Positions 37,842 through 51,514 of a stretch of DNA of 64,000 bases are shown piece by piece. The notes under the pieces were generated by a model, which saw nothing but the letters and a program-made list of their open reading frames with translations, did not search any database and was not told the DNA's origin. Numbering within the stretch: position 1 is the stretch's first letter; the number at the start of each line of letters is the position of its first letter. A program made the translations under genes and the position numbers. The stretch lies in the NCBI GenBank assembly GCA_001938485.1, contig MQRK01225091.1, forward strand, positions 1-64,000. Direction: 5' to 3'. This DNA is from Girardia tigrina. Its lineage: Eukaryota.

Positions 37842-38746
37842 TTCGAGCCAAAAAAGAGGGTTTTTGCTTGCCCTAACTACCAAACCATTTTGGGTATTTT
37901 CAATTATGGCCTTCTTATTAGTTGATCTAAAAGCCCTATTTATCAAATGCAAGGATGCTATTTAAAAACAGTTGAGGTAAACATAGATGTAGTTCTAGGC
38001 CTTAGAGAAGGTTTTTGGAAAGCTTTGTTACATTTGGTTGAACCTTTTACAAACGCATAGGAAACAGACAACAATGAAATATTCATTATAACTAAGTTTT
38101 AATGAATATTCAAGAAAATTATACTTTTTTAAAAACATAAATGCAAAAATTAGAAAAAGGTAATGAATTTATAAATCATTTTTTAGAAAAACAATTTTTT
38201 CTTAATTTTCTTCATAAAAATTATTAAATAATAAAAATTTTTGCATCTTTCCTACAAACAAATTTAGAATATTTTTACAATAAATATTTCATTTATATGT
38301 GCCCCTTTTTGTCTAAAAATAAAATTTATTTTTATCTTTTTTTAATATTAAAAATAGTAATAAATTGTATAAACATATTTTTTTTCAAAATTATTGTAAA
38401 TGAAAAAAAATGAGTTTCCTGATTTACAACTAAATAATTAATATTTGAAATGAATGAAGTAAAGCCGTCTCAAACCTTGAATTAATTCACGTATTTTTAT
38501 ATAATTATTTAATCAGATTTTTCTTAAATAAATTTAATTTTTATTAAATATATCTCTTAATTTTTAAACATTTATAATTTTTTAATCTACCATTATTAAC
38601 TGCGCATAACCCGCATCTCAATTTTCGATCATTAAGTTCCTTTTGAAAATAATAATGTAATGTAAATAATAAATAATGTATAACTCACACCCATAAATAT
38701 TTCAAAAAATCGTCTTTTTCCATCATATTACCCGAGGATTATCCAC

Positions 38747-38860
38747 TGTAAAAGAGCTAACTGAAAACGCGTTTCAGTGAACTCCTTTTAACGTAAAAAA
38801 TAAAGGTAAATATGTATAAAACTTTTATTTTTATACAATATAAATAAACATATATAACAA
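38747..38860 (+). repeat. Dispersed repeat shared with ~62140-62256 (inverted)
   Basis: ctgtaaaagagctaactgaaa(a)cg.gtttca.tga.ctc.ttttaacg is present at both loci. Confidence 0.6.
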
Positions 38861-39258
38861 AAAATATCACATACGAGAGAGAGAACGGCACAGATAAATC
38901 TCGATTTCGATTTGTGTTTCTTGTTCAAAGGTTTCAAGGAACGATCTTCTGTTGTAACAATATCGATGGAAACGTCAGAGAACCATTCGGTTGCACAACG
39001 AGATTTTGAGAAAATAGATCACATGAAGAGGAGCACTTTCAGGGAGAATATTGATAAATTGGCTTGCAGAAAATTCCTTTACGAACCGATTTTAAAAGAA
39101 AACGCCCCGCAGGCAATATAGTATAATAATATTAATATTAATAAACAATAATATTAATGATTGTTTTTATCGATTGTTTATATATATATATATATATATA
39201 TANNNNNNNNNNNNNNNNNNNNNNNNNNNNNNNNNNNNNNNNNNNNNNNNNNTCGATT

Positions 39259-39315
<57 letters not shown>

Positions 39316-40188
39316 ATATAATAATTGACTAGGTCACTACATCCACTGTAAATTAGGGTAATTAAACATCGAAATGTGTTTAATAAATCAAACTTCTGTA
39401 AGTTTTAATTAAATTTTTTTTTAAATTATTTATCAATAATATTAATTTAACGTTCACAAGATTTATGTATTAAAATGATCATTAAAAATATTTTTTAAAA
39501 TGTTTTTTTGGATTGATAAATCGAGAAAGTAAGTTGAAATATTCATATATTTTTGCAAAACGTTATTCTCATTTTTCTACTCAACTTCCATTACAATCGT
39601 CCAAAATGTTAAACAATATGAGCATTACACTGGCAACTTGGTTTTGAATAGCTTTTATCATGAATGTATTTGAATGAATGTTTAAATAATTTATGATATT
39701 ATTCCTGTCATTCAATTCCAACAAATGTTCTTTCATAGGAGAACAATATCTTAATAAAATCACCTCTGTCTGAATGGTATTGATTTTCATCACTAGCTCC
39801 GTGCCCGGAGTCTGTGCTTGAACATTCCAATTCGTGACAAACGACCGGAGATTTGATCAACCCACTTGGGCTAGTGGCATTCTAAATAAAAATATTCATA
39901 ACCATATCTCTTTTAATTTATTAATAAGTTACTAAATTACAAAATTATTATTTTTCATTTAATGTAATATTACTTTATTTGGTAACAGATTTTATTTTTG
40001 ATGAGAAGTTAATATTCGAAGAAAAACAATAGAAAGGTTTACTTGATTACGAAGAAGGATTAGGAAGCTCATAAGTTTACTGCCAAGACCATTAGAATAT
40101 CCTTATTTACTTTCATTTACTTTATAAAAAAAAATACTTTTTACATAAAAAGTGCTTTTATGTTACTATTAATATAAATGTATATATA

Positions 40189-40341
40189 CAGGGTGTCCCA
40201 AAAATATGTATACACATTAAAAATTTAATTTTATTGAATTTTATTGAATTTTATTTATGTTTAACTTTCATTAACATAATGAAAGTATAATAAAAGTTAA
40301 ACATAAATAAAATTCAATAAAATTCAGTAAAATTAAATTTT
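40189..40341. mobile_element. Palindromic Tc1/mariner MITE (right end lost in N gap)
   Basis: TA-CAGGGTGTCCCAAAAATATGTATACACATTAAAAATTT... is mirrored by ...aaatttttaatgtgtatacatattttt before the gap. Confidence 0.75.
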
Positions 40342-40887
40342 TAATGTGTATACATATTTTTNNNNNNNNNNNNNNNNNNNNNNNNNNNNNNNNNNNNNNN
40401 NNNNNNNNNNNNNNNNNNNNNNNNNNNNNNNNNNNNNNNNNNNNNNNNNNNNNNNNNNNNNNNNNNNNNNNNNNNNNNNNNNNNNNNNNNNNNNNNNNNN
40501 NNNNNNNNNNNNNNNNNNNNNNNNNNNNNNNNNNNNNNNNNNNNNNNNNNNNNNNNNNNNNNNNNNNNNNNNNNAAATTTTATTTACATGTGGCTTTAAT
40601 TGTACTTTAAGTGAATTCTGACTACAGTTTTTAATGCGATGTTCTAATAATAAATATATAAAATTGCTGGAACGAACAACTAAACAACATATTTATGTTT
40701 GAAAATCTCAATAAAATGTTTTGCTATTTGAAAAACAAATCATAAAAGTACTTGGCAAAGATTATTTAATTTGAAATTTTCTTTTCTATATCAAGTTAAT
40801 TGTTATACAAACTATTATTACAATTTCAGTTACTATTTTATAATTACTATAAATGTTGAAGGAGGTTTTCGATCGTAGAAGTATTTA

Positions 40888-40917
40888 GGGGTGGCTGGTG
40901 AATTATGGCCGCGACTG
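40888..40917. repeat. Isolated Tc1-type TIR
   Basis: ggggtggctggtgaattatggccgcgactg-TA (the reverse complement begins TA-CAGT). Confidence 0.5.
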
Positions 40918-41549
40918 TAAATTAAGTGATAAAATTGGTTTAATAAAAACTTGTTAAGCTGAAATACCGCAAAAATTTTTAAAAATAAAAAAACTATAAA
41001 AGTTGAATTACCGTCTTATTTAATTTATTAACATCAGTGACGTGAACGAACTACATCTAAAACAACTCAAATTCAAAATCGGTGACGTGAAAGAATTAAA
41101 AAAAATGAAAATGTACAAATGCGAAATGAACTTACTAATCGAAAAAAATGAAAAATTGTTGAAGAAGAGCAAGACTAATACGAAATTAAAAAGTCTAAAG
41201 AGGTTTTAGAAAACTTGTTAGCCTGGAATGGTTCCAAATTATTAGACGCGATTGACAACTGATGTCTACGACATGGAGCAGATCATCAAGGATTCCGTTT
41301 TCGATTTAGTGGACAAGGAGACATTCAAAATGGACATGACGCAGTTGGAGAGAATCAATCTTTACTATAAGGTTGATGCAAAAGAAGTGTCGTTTTTAAT
41401 GTATTTAATTCATTTTATTCATTGTTTGAAATATTTAGAAAAACATTATTAAATAGATTCATATTTAAATTTACTTTAAAGCTTAAACTTTACTCTATAT
41501 TTTGATACCAAGTATGACATTATTGTTGCTAATTTAAGGTGTATTTATT

Positions 41550-42539
41550 TTATGTTAGAAAAGAAAGAAATGTGACCAATTTTATTCCACGATTTCTAAC
41601 TACAGAAAAGAGACCGAAACGGCTCGGAATATTAACAATGTGTTTGGGCAACATACCACTAATTTACGAACAGTACAACATTATTTTTACGAAGTTTCGT
41701 AGTGGCAACGAGAGTCTTGAAGATAAAGAACACGGTAGTCGACCATCACAAGTTGACGACGACCATATGAAGTAGTTAATCAATGCCGACCCGCATAAAA
41801 ATTCACGGAAAGGCCCTCAAGTCCATCTGAAGAAAATCAAGACAGTGAAAAAACTGGACATGTCGATGCCGCACGAATTAAACAAAAATCTAAAAAATCG
41901 TCGTTTTCACGTGTGTTCTTTTCTGCTTTTGCGTAATCAAAGTAACCCGTTTCTATATCGAATTGTAACATGCGATGAAAAATGGATTCTAAACGACACC
42001 CAGCGACGTTCAGCTCAGTGGTTCGATTTCAATGAGGCTCCAAAGCCTTTCCCGAAGCCAAAATTTCACCAAAAAAAGTCATGGTAACTGTTTGGTGGTC
42101 CGCACACGGTTTAATTCATTAAAGCTTCCTAAAACAAGGCGAAACAATTACAGCGGAAAAGTATTGTCAGCAAATTTACAAAAAGCACCAAAAACTACAA
42201 AAAAACAACCGGCATTACTCAATAGAAAGAGGCCAATTCTTCTGCATGACAACGCTCGTCCACATGTTGCAAGAAAGACCATGCTGAAGTTAAACGAACT
42301 GGAATATGAAACTTTGCCTCATCCTCCGTACTAAGCAGACCTTTTTCTTACAGACTATCAGCTTTTCAAACATTTCAGCCAGTTCCTTTGCAAAAAATGC
42401 TTCAGAAACCAAAGGAGATGCTGAAAAAGCCTTGGACGACTTCATCGCCCCCAGAACTCCAAAAATTTATGAAACTGGAATAAAAAAACTTGTTACCCGT
42501 TGGCAACAGTGTGTTCAATGTAATGGTTTTTATTTTTAA
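41550..42539 (+). mobile_element. Degenerate mariner element
   Basis: KFRSGNESLEDKEHGSRP, MPHELN, IVTCDEKWI, LLHDNARPH, LPHPPY and RWQQCVQCNGFYF over several frames. Confidence 0.9.
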
Positions 42540-43992
42540 ATAAACTTTATAAATAAATAAAAATAATAAACATGAAATAAAATAATGATAAAATAATCCA
42601 CAATTAGAAATAATATATTATATTAAATATTATAATAATAATTACGGATCTTGTAACAATATTATTTAATAAAAATAATGGTAATATGTCTTCAAAAACC
42701 CATTATAATAAAATTTATTTTTCGTAATCGCCTTTTATAATTTTAATGGGTTTATTTTATTTAAATTCAGCATTTTCTTAATAATAAGATCAAACAATTT
42801 TATAAATTCTGAGCGACAAAAAATCAACAAAAATGTAAATATAGCTCTCCTGAGAGAGATAATAAAAAAGTCGAAAATAGGTTGAATGAATTTTATAACT
42901 TAGCAATATTTATTGAAATTATTTCTTACTAATAAAAAAATATTATAATTTCTTCGAATAAATAAACAAATTGTATAAAAGATCAAAAATATTTATGTTA
43001 ATGTGAAAAACAACCATGACAAAAATAATTTAAAAAATATTATTTATTTGTTATTATATGATGAAATGTGTTTATATTTCCCTAAAATATATAATGGTAT
43101 TGTTTAAAAAATTGTATTTATTTATTTATATTAATTATGAATTTTTTAAATAATGTTCAATAGAATATTCAGAAATGTTTTTGTAAATTATAGGATCATT
43201 TATTTTCTTCTAAGAATTTAAAAATATAAAAAGTGCAATTGCATACAGACAGCGGTTACTATGGACAATTCATACGTTCCTATAAAAAAAGATAAAAGTT
43301 AACTTGAAAGTGGTTCACTTTATCCTTTAATTGTATGGTAGTTGAAATAGAAAAGGATTTAAATATTGCAAATTTATGGTATAAATAATTTTTTATACAA
43401 TAATGAATTAAAATATTAAGAATTAAAAATAAAATGAACCTTTATTATTTGTAAAATCTTAAAATGGAAAATACAAGTTATTTAAATCAAAATATTTATA
43501 TGACTCCAGTCTCGATCGTTGATGTTTTCGATTAATTATAGAATAGATTCTCTTAGAATAAAGTTAAAGTTGATATTGAGATAGACAAATAATGTGATTT
43601 GTTAGATGGGGTCCTCAATAGTTTTGTTTCGGTAAATCTTTGGCAATAGTGTAGATAAATTAATGGTTTAATAATAGAACAAGGACGTCTGTAGGATAAT
43701 TTCGTTCGTTAATAATTTTTGTTATTGATGAGATAACTCCAAATGAGTAAAAAATTATCTAATATGAGTTAAAAACAGCTCACAATAAAAAATAATGCTA
43801 ATTAGTTACGACTTATATTCCATAACTAAATCAATATCACTATGAAATTTGTATAATGTATTTAAATATTGCATTTAAATATAATATAAACAATTACTAT
43901 TGAATTAAAATTTTTATGTAATTTATTATAAATGTAACACTTCTGATTGTGGCTGCTTATAGTATGGCTCAACAGATAGGACTAATATTAAA

Positions 43993-44048
<56 letters not shown>

Positions 44049-44079
44049 AATAATTTGATTAAAGCTTTTTTTATATAAT

Positions 44080-44123
44080 TATTGGTAATTTTTCGATGTT
44101 TACATACATCATCATCAGCAATT
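44080..44123 (-). ncRNA. Hammerhead motif, mutated helix III and cleavage site
   Basis: ATTG-CTGATGA-T-GATGT(atgtaa)ACATC-GAAA-AATTAC-CAAT; the GUC is replaced by UAC. Confidence 0.6.
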
Positions 44124-44451
44124 TTGGGAAAATCGTCATCGCAAAACCCGGATTAGCGAGTACTCGCAAATGAGTCGATCGAGTAAGGTTCTTGATCATT
44201 GGTTATGTTGTAAGGATAGAACCTCATCCATTCAAAAGATGAGTTTTCTGTTCTACAAAAGGGTTTTGATTCACATTAAAATATTTCAAATTTTTAATTA
44301 AAATATTTTTTGCCATTATTACCGAATAATATTTTCATAAATAATAATGTTTAATTTTTTTGATACCTTTTAAAGTAAATTATATCTATTAAAATTGTAT
44401 TAAAATTGTTTTATTCAAACAATTCAATATTCATTTACTAAACATCCGAAA

Positions 44452-44493
44452 ATTGCTGATGATGATGTATATAAACATCGAAACATGTCCAAT
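44452..44493 (+). ncRNA. Minimal type-I hammerhead ribozyme
   Basis: ATTG-CTGATGA-T-GATGT(atataa)ACATC-GAAAC-AT-GTC-CAAT; intact core, same family as 16101. Confidence 0.85.
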
Positions 44494-44565
44494 AATTATA
44501 TAAAAAAAGCTTTAATCAAATTATATTTTCGAAATACTAAACTTGCGTTCACAATATTAAATACG

Positions 44566-45815
44566 TTAATTATATCATTTCAATAATTTCTTGTTTCTCG
44601 TCTTTCTTTTCTTTTGAATAATATGTTTTTCGTAATGTAGTAAAATAATCGGTTTAATATTAATTGTTTCGTCTTCTATTTACAAATAAAATCGGAAAAT
44701 ACGATAATAACACTAAATGAAAAAAAGGTTTTTTTATACAATGATCACAAGGATAAAAGGGAAATGATTCAAAGGGAATAACGAACTAATAAAATTTTAC
44801 TTTGATCAAATAAAGTTCTTCGTTTTTTAATTAAAAACTTATCTCTGCCAAATTTCTTACAAGCAAAACTAATTGTTTCGTTGTCCTTTGTATTACGACA
44901 GTTGATCAATTTTTTATTCTTAAAGTAACTGATTCCGATTACTTTTATCGCTTCACAAAGTTTATGGTTATTTTCTTATTAATTATTATAAATTTCTTTT
45001 TAAATTGTTCGTATTATAAATTTAGTTAATTATAATTATATAATTTTGGCGATTACGGGGGAGGCAAATTTTCTATTTGACATGACTTGTTTTTTTCTTT
45101 GATTTAACATTTTCATTTAATTTTCTTTCTTTTACCCTTTTTTCAGTTAACCAAGAAAAAAGAAAAATGTAAATAAAAACACAAAAACAGCAGGACATGT
45201 AAATACCTTTGGATAAATAAAAATAAACGACAAAAAAATAAAAAATACAAAATTCAACAGGCTTAGACATGAATACAGATTGTAATATAAATATTAATAT
45301 AGAAATTAATGTTGATATAAATATTTATTATTTTAAATGGATTCCATATATAAATTTTCATATGACGTGGTAGTGTTACTAAAATATATATTAAAATAAC
45401 ACGATTTCAATTTATAATTTTTATTTGAAAACATGTTTCACTCCTTTTTGGTGTCTTCAATTCTATATTTAATTTATTGCTAACTAATAAAATTTCTAAT
45501 TACTTTTCAAATAAATCTAAAACACAGATTACATCTAATAAATCTAATTAAGATTTAAGATATTGGATGAAGATTTTAAGAAACATACTAAAAAATAGAA
45601 TCATGCATTATGATAATATTGTTAAATAGCAAAATACAAATTATCAAGAAAAAAGTAAACGTAGTTAACATTAATTAAATCATTTCAATAATTTCTTGTT
45701 TCTTGTCTCTTTCTTTTCTTTTGAATAATATGTTTTACGTAATGTAGTAAAATAATCGGTTTAATATTAATTGTTTCGTCTTCTATTTACAAATAAAATC
45801 GGAAAATACGATAAT
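44566..45815. repeat. About 145-bp direct repeat (44566-44708 and 45671-45815)
   Basis: catttcaataatttcttgtttct...aataatcggtttaatattaattgtttcgtcttctatttacaaataaaatcggaaaatacgataat occurs twice. Confidence 0.85.
45427..45463 (-). ncRNA. Degenerate hammerhead motif
   Basis: GAA-tTGAAGA-cacc(aaaaa)ggagt-GAAACATGTT-TTC, with a C3-to-U core change. Confidence 0.45.
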
Positions 45816-47040
45816 GGTATTTAGAATGAGGAATTCAATATAGGACAAACTAGTTTGTGAACACTTTTCCAGCATCTTACAAGATCCAAGAAGCCATTTT
45901 CATCCTTTTTAGCGTTCCGTGTTTTGCAAAAAAATATCTCCAACTTGCTCTAATGTCATGAGATTTGCCTAAAACAAGCTGAATCTGTTATTTGCCCACT
46001 TCACTTGTTAGGAAGAGTCGAACGAACCGTAATGAAAGTTTTTTAAGGTCCATAGACTTTATCAGGATTTCTAACATATTTTGCTCTCATTCAGACTATT
46101 TCATTCTTGTTGTGATATGTTTTTCAAATTTGCCAATATTTTTTTTTCTTTTATGTTTTAGCCAATTTGTGAGTATCTTCAGGTACTTTTGTCATCAAAA
46201 ACGATCTGTCGACAATACTTAAATTTTTTTAATCCAGGCATAAATAGTAGTCTTTGATCGGCTTTCATCGTGGTATACATTCCTAAACTCCTCAATTATG
46301 TGTTTTGCAAGGAAATTAATTACAACATTTAAAAATAATAATTTTTTAAGGAAAACTTTTAACAAAGAAAATTGTTTTTAAAGTTTTTAGTAATTTCGAT
46401 TCATTTTTTAAGTGTCAAAGTTTTTTACAAAATTATTAAAAAAATAATTTTAATTAAGTTATTTGATATATATTAAATTTAATATTAAATATATTTTGCA
46501 AATAAACTCAATGTTATTTTGAAAGAATTCAGAACGATAATTAAATAATTAATTTAAATTAATTAATTAACTTATTTAATCACTATTTGAACACAAAGTA
46601 GGAATTATTTTTTTTAATGTTTTTTATATTACTTGTTGGTATATAATTGAAAGGTTGGTATATAATTACTGTTAGGTTGGGAATTATCTTCCATTCTAAA
46701 TCAAAACAAATTAAAAACTTGCAAAAATTTATTAATCTACAACAGTTTAAATTTGTTATTTAAACAAATTTACTTTTTTTATTTTCGTTTTTTTTATTTC
46801 TATTTTCTATTATTTTTTTTAATTTCGATTATAATTCGAAATTTTTAAAAACCAAAATTCTTATTTCTGAAAATTAAAAAATTAACAACAACACTCTCTT
46901 ACAATTACAATCTTTAAAATCCTTTGAGAGAATGGTAACTTTGCTTATCAGGTGCAAAGGTTGGTTGAACAAAATCACTAAAACAAATTAAAACCTTCAA
47001 ATAATCCAAACATAATTTTATTAAAAAAAATTTATTATTT

Positions 47041-47244
47041 TAATTTTATTATATAAAAAAATATGTTTATGGTTCTAGATTTCACAATCAAAATTAAGTA
47101 AAAAATAATTATTTATTTATTATTTTATTTATTTTTAATTTATTTTAATTTAATTATTTTATTATTTTGATTATTTTAATTTTATTATATAAAAAATATG
47201 TTTATGGTTCTAGATTTCACAATCAAAATTAAGTAAAAAATAAT
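47041..47244. repeat. Local duplication of about 68 bp
   Basis: taattttattatataaaaaa(a)tatgtttatggttctagatttcacaatcaaaattaagtaaaaaataat at 47041 and 47177. Confidence 0.8.
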
Positions 47245-49231
47245 GCACTCAAAATTATTTTAGAAAAAAAAAGGGAATCTTAAAACTAATTTATTTGTAA
47301 ATATGCAATTAAAAGACTAAAAATTGGAAAAAATTTAATTTGTTTAAAGTAGAAAACGATTAATTTGGAAAGAACGTATTTTTTGTATCAAATATTAAAA
47401 GGAAATGTTAAGCTTCCGAATAAATTAATGACTTTTGTTTAAGCATTTATATATTCGTGCCAATAAAATATTTTGCAATTGAAGAAAGGAAAAACAGTAG
47501 CTGGTAAATTTGCTTTTAGTGAAATGGAAATCGTTTTTTTTCATATAATTAATTTAATTTAATTTATTTTGTTTTAAAGATCAATCATTCCACTTGAAAT
47601 AAAAATATCTCTTTTTTATTTAATTCTGTTTTAAAGTTTATCTAATTCTCTTTGTCTTTCAGCGCTTCGTACTTTTTTTGTTAAGTTTCCATTTAATGAT
47701 ACTCTAAAATTTAATTTTATTTATTTATTTTTTTAGTGATTGAAAATTTAGAAAAGTAAAAAAAACTATTTCTGAGTCAAATACGAAATTCTTTTAACTT
47801 TTTTGGTTTTAATTCAATACTTATATTTTCGATAATTCTTTATTTTTTATTGACAATAATAGTTTTTTTAAGATAAAAACCTTCCAACGTTTTAAGAAGG
47901 TCTTGGGCTTGTATGTTTAGGTCTAAAGAAACAGTTTTCACTAAAATTCTCCTAAGTTTTAAGTCATGAACGTATTGAAATAGTCATGAAATGAAAATCA
48001 AATTAAGAATAAAAAATAAAAAAAAATATTTTAAAAATGTAAATTTAGATAAAAATTAATAAATTATTTAATTCAGAAGCATTTTAGAACATAACAATAC
48101 CAGTATTGTAATTTTACTTGTTTCTATTGTTTTATTGTTTCTATTTACAAACTTTATTCTGTCATGTGTATTATTTTCATCTTTTTTTAAAAGTATTATA
48201 AATATGGAATTTTAAAATTTAACTACAAACAATTTAATACTTATCTATAGAGATTAATGTTTCATTTATTTTTAATTTTAACGGTTTTTACGAAGTTTCT
48301 GAAAGCACAAAACATTATGATATGAAACTATTTATTAAGCATTAAGACGTTTTTAAACATTTGTCCTTAAATAAATTATTATAAATTTTGCAAAAATATT
48401 ATCTTTAAAATACCATACAACAACAATTTTTATTCAAATTTATCTCTTAAATAATTCAAGAAGGTTTCTGTCACGACATGACAACATATTATGAGAGCCT
48501 CCCAGAAGCGTCGTCTTACTCTTTAGCGAAAATATTTTTTTAGTGAAGTAAAAAATAATTATCCAAATACTGACATTTTGCTATTTATCACTACAACAAT
48601 GGGCATTATTTGGTTGCTTTCAAGTATCTTTTTTGTATCAGTCAGCAAAATTTAATCGTTTTATAGAAATGGTTGTAGTATACGTCTACTGTAATTAACA
48701 TATACGGGTTTATCAACCCTTAGATAAAATAAAGCAGCATAATCATTCAAACATAAAAATAATTATTTTAGTCAGTATTTAGTTTTAATCAATTTTAGTG
48801 CTTCATAATCTAAAGTAACTTGCAATTTTTTTTGCAATTGCAATTACAAAGTAATTCAAACTTCGAGACAATAGCTACTATACATTACATGAAACCTGTC
48901 ATTAGGAACAGGACTTTTATTCTACCCATTTATTTACAGGATTCAATGTTTTTAAATTATAATATCAAATCATGTTACTAAGTTTCTTACAGTCTGAGAT
49001 TAGATTTAGTTTGTTCTTCTAGGTTAACACAAACATATCATTTTCAAGAACAATATCGCGAAAACTTTTTTCTATAATTATTAACTTATACTCTGTTTTA
49101 CATCTTCAAAAAACATAACATTGATATTTTAATAGTCTAAGTATTTGGTCTGTGATTTGATTTTTATCTTAAAATTCTAATACTTACAAAATAATTTTAC
49201 GAAAACCCGTTGAGAGATTAAAAATAGTAAT

Positions 49232-49362
49232 TAAAAAAACCAATTAGAACGATGTCAAACCGTAAACGATCGTCCGAGATTTGTAATGACACTAAATGTG
49301 CTAATAATAAATATTTTAATGAAAATTATCTCAATGTTCTTAATCTTTATATTCTATTTTAA
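49232..49362 (+). repeat. Partial TGTGAGG-family copy H (ORF part only)
   Basis: aaaaaaaccaattagaacgATG; ORF 49252-49362 MSNRKRSSEICNDTKCANNKYFNENYLNVLNLYILF*. The start is near-identical to that at 58582. Confidence 0.6.
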
Positions 49363-51514
49363 ATAACGACAGTTTTGATAATTAATTTATATTATAAACA
49401 TTTTTATTTGTCTTCGAAAACTATGATGATCTACAGAAAAATAATAATCAAGAAAGATGTCGTAATAAAATCATATTAATATTGTTAATATCTACAATGC
49501 GCAATTTATTTTGCAATAAAATGTATGTTGATGGTGTAAAATTATATTTGTTTGTTTTATTTCTGTTGTCATGTGTGAATATGTATTGTTATTATTATAT
49601 TTTCCCACCGCAATAAAATAATTATTATAATTATTAGTAATGAATAAAATTGAAAAATCAATAGAAAATTACATGTAATTACTTACCAAGGAATTGGACA
49701 GTTTGGTTGGAAACTTGACGTCTACAGTCTGAATTCGTGAGAAAATAAAACAGAAGACCGATTACATTTTTTGCCCGAAGTAAGAAGATCTGTTTAGGAA
49801 TTTCGATTCCTTTTTCAACTGATTTATTTCAACTATAAAATTCAATCCAAATCCCTATCATTGTTTAGCTCTGCCTTGGAAGACTTTTATTATATCAGAA
49901 TATTCCACCTGTTATATTTGTGGCGGAACATTGCTATTCTAATCCTTAAATTTCAAAATAATTCAGCTATCGTTATTTCCATATCATCATAATAACTTTG
50001 TGCGCCCTTGGAAAATGGTTATTTGCTTTATTAAGTTGTAGTTTGGTAATTGTCACTCGTTCAATCATATTCATTATTCACTAATACATTTTTGTCGATC
50101 ATTAATCCTTTTTTTTGTTATTAATTGATACATAGTGTGTTGTATGACTCAATCAGGATTAGTTTAATGTAACGTTGAATTACTTTTGGTTTGGATTGGG
50201 TAATAATATTAGGTAATGTAAAAACTTTATCGGGTTTATTCCTTGTACTAACCATAAATCTTTTCGATAAAGGCTTTACAGAGGGGGTATAGGAGAACAG
50301 TCGTTTTCGCTGATAAAACAGATTGCTACTTATAAGACGGTTTACTAATTGTTCCATACTATTCACAATACTTAAATACTTACAAAATGTGATTTGATAA
50401 AAATATTGAGATAAAATGCGGTGGATTCAAATATGAATCCCGGCACACTGCAGGGTTAATTACTTGTCCTCCTAATTGAACTTGTATGCTTCTGAGACTT
50501 TATGTCGAGTATATTTATTAATTAATATAAGTTTTCACGTTATTAATTAAATCACAGTAAATAAATTCTGCAATTTTAGATTTTATTTGAGTAAAGTTTA
50601 TTCAAGATTTTATTAGGTATAAAATATTATCGGGTTTCATACAAACTTTTTTTAACGAAAAAAATATATTTCAAAATAAATTATTTATTTTAATTAGTTT
50701 TTTTTATTTTTTCTTGGATTTATTTTAACTTTTACTTAAATAATAGTAACTCAATAACTTATACAATACTAATGGGAAAATGGAATTTTTTATGTTTTCA
50801 GAGATGAATTTTTAGTGAACACTCTTTGTGTTCACTATGTTTGAATGCTTTTAAGAATTTTGACGCAGTCAAGATGAGCTTGTGTAAAGATTAATCTATT
50901 CAGTTTGGAACAAGTGTTTTGAGAGGTTCACAAATTTGCATTGATAATAATAGTGAATATCTTGTAAAATTGTAATACCTAATAAATATTTGGCAAAATA
51001 TATTATGAGAATTAAAAAATATTTGAATGATTTTCATTTAAAGAAAAGTTGTAGTAACTGCATATGTGAAGTATAGGGATTATGTTCTTTGAAAAGTACA
51101 TCATAAGAATAAGAGACTAGAATTTATTTTAAAAATTTAATTGTTCATAATTAAACAAAAATGATGTACTAAAAAATAATATAAAGGTTTTTAGAAGACA
51201 TTTATTTGGAACCGTCTACTTATGTAAGTTTTAGTTTTTAAAGTATGTCAGCTTATTATATTAATCTAATCTTAAAATTTTAATTTATTTACATTAAAAA
51301 AGGTATAAAATTACTTCAGTTTTGCCACTTCAACAATTTACAAAACTTATAAATATTTTGAGTAAATATAAAAACTATTTTTTAACTTATGTCTTCCATG
51401 TGAAATATTAAGTTTGTGAATGAGCAGAAATGTTAGAAAAATATTGTATTAATTCATAATGATTAATAAATTCATAACGATTTTCATGTGTTGTTTAATT
51501 AATAATTTATAATT

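Larger units (their letters stand above)
44046..44532 (+). mobile_element. 5'-truncated Penelope-like insertion: inverted pseudo-LTR, GIY-YIG fragment and hammerhead pseudo-LTR
   Basis: 44046-44128 is an inverted copy of ~44445-44532. 44131-44275 encodes NRHRKTRISEYSQMSRSSKVLDHWLCCKDRTSSIQK/DEFSVLQKGFDSH. Abuts (TA)n at 43998-44045. Confidence 0.85.

Noticed and set aside
40344-40621. ORFs running through N gaps (also 4451-4690, 29967-30161, 54706-55545)
   Set aside because: Artefacts of undetermined bases and (TA)n.
44142-44268. Apparent multi-stem structured RNA (caaaaccc/gggttttg, gcgagtactcgc, long 3' hairpin) between the inverted hammerheads
   Set aside because: It translates to a PLE GIY-YIG segment (RHxKTRISE...SKVLDHWLCC), which explains its GC content; the pairings may be chance.
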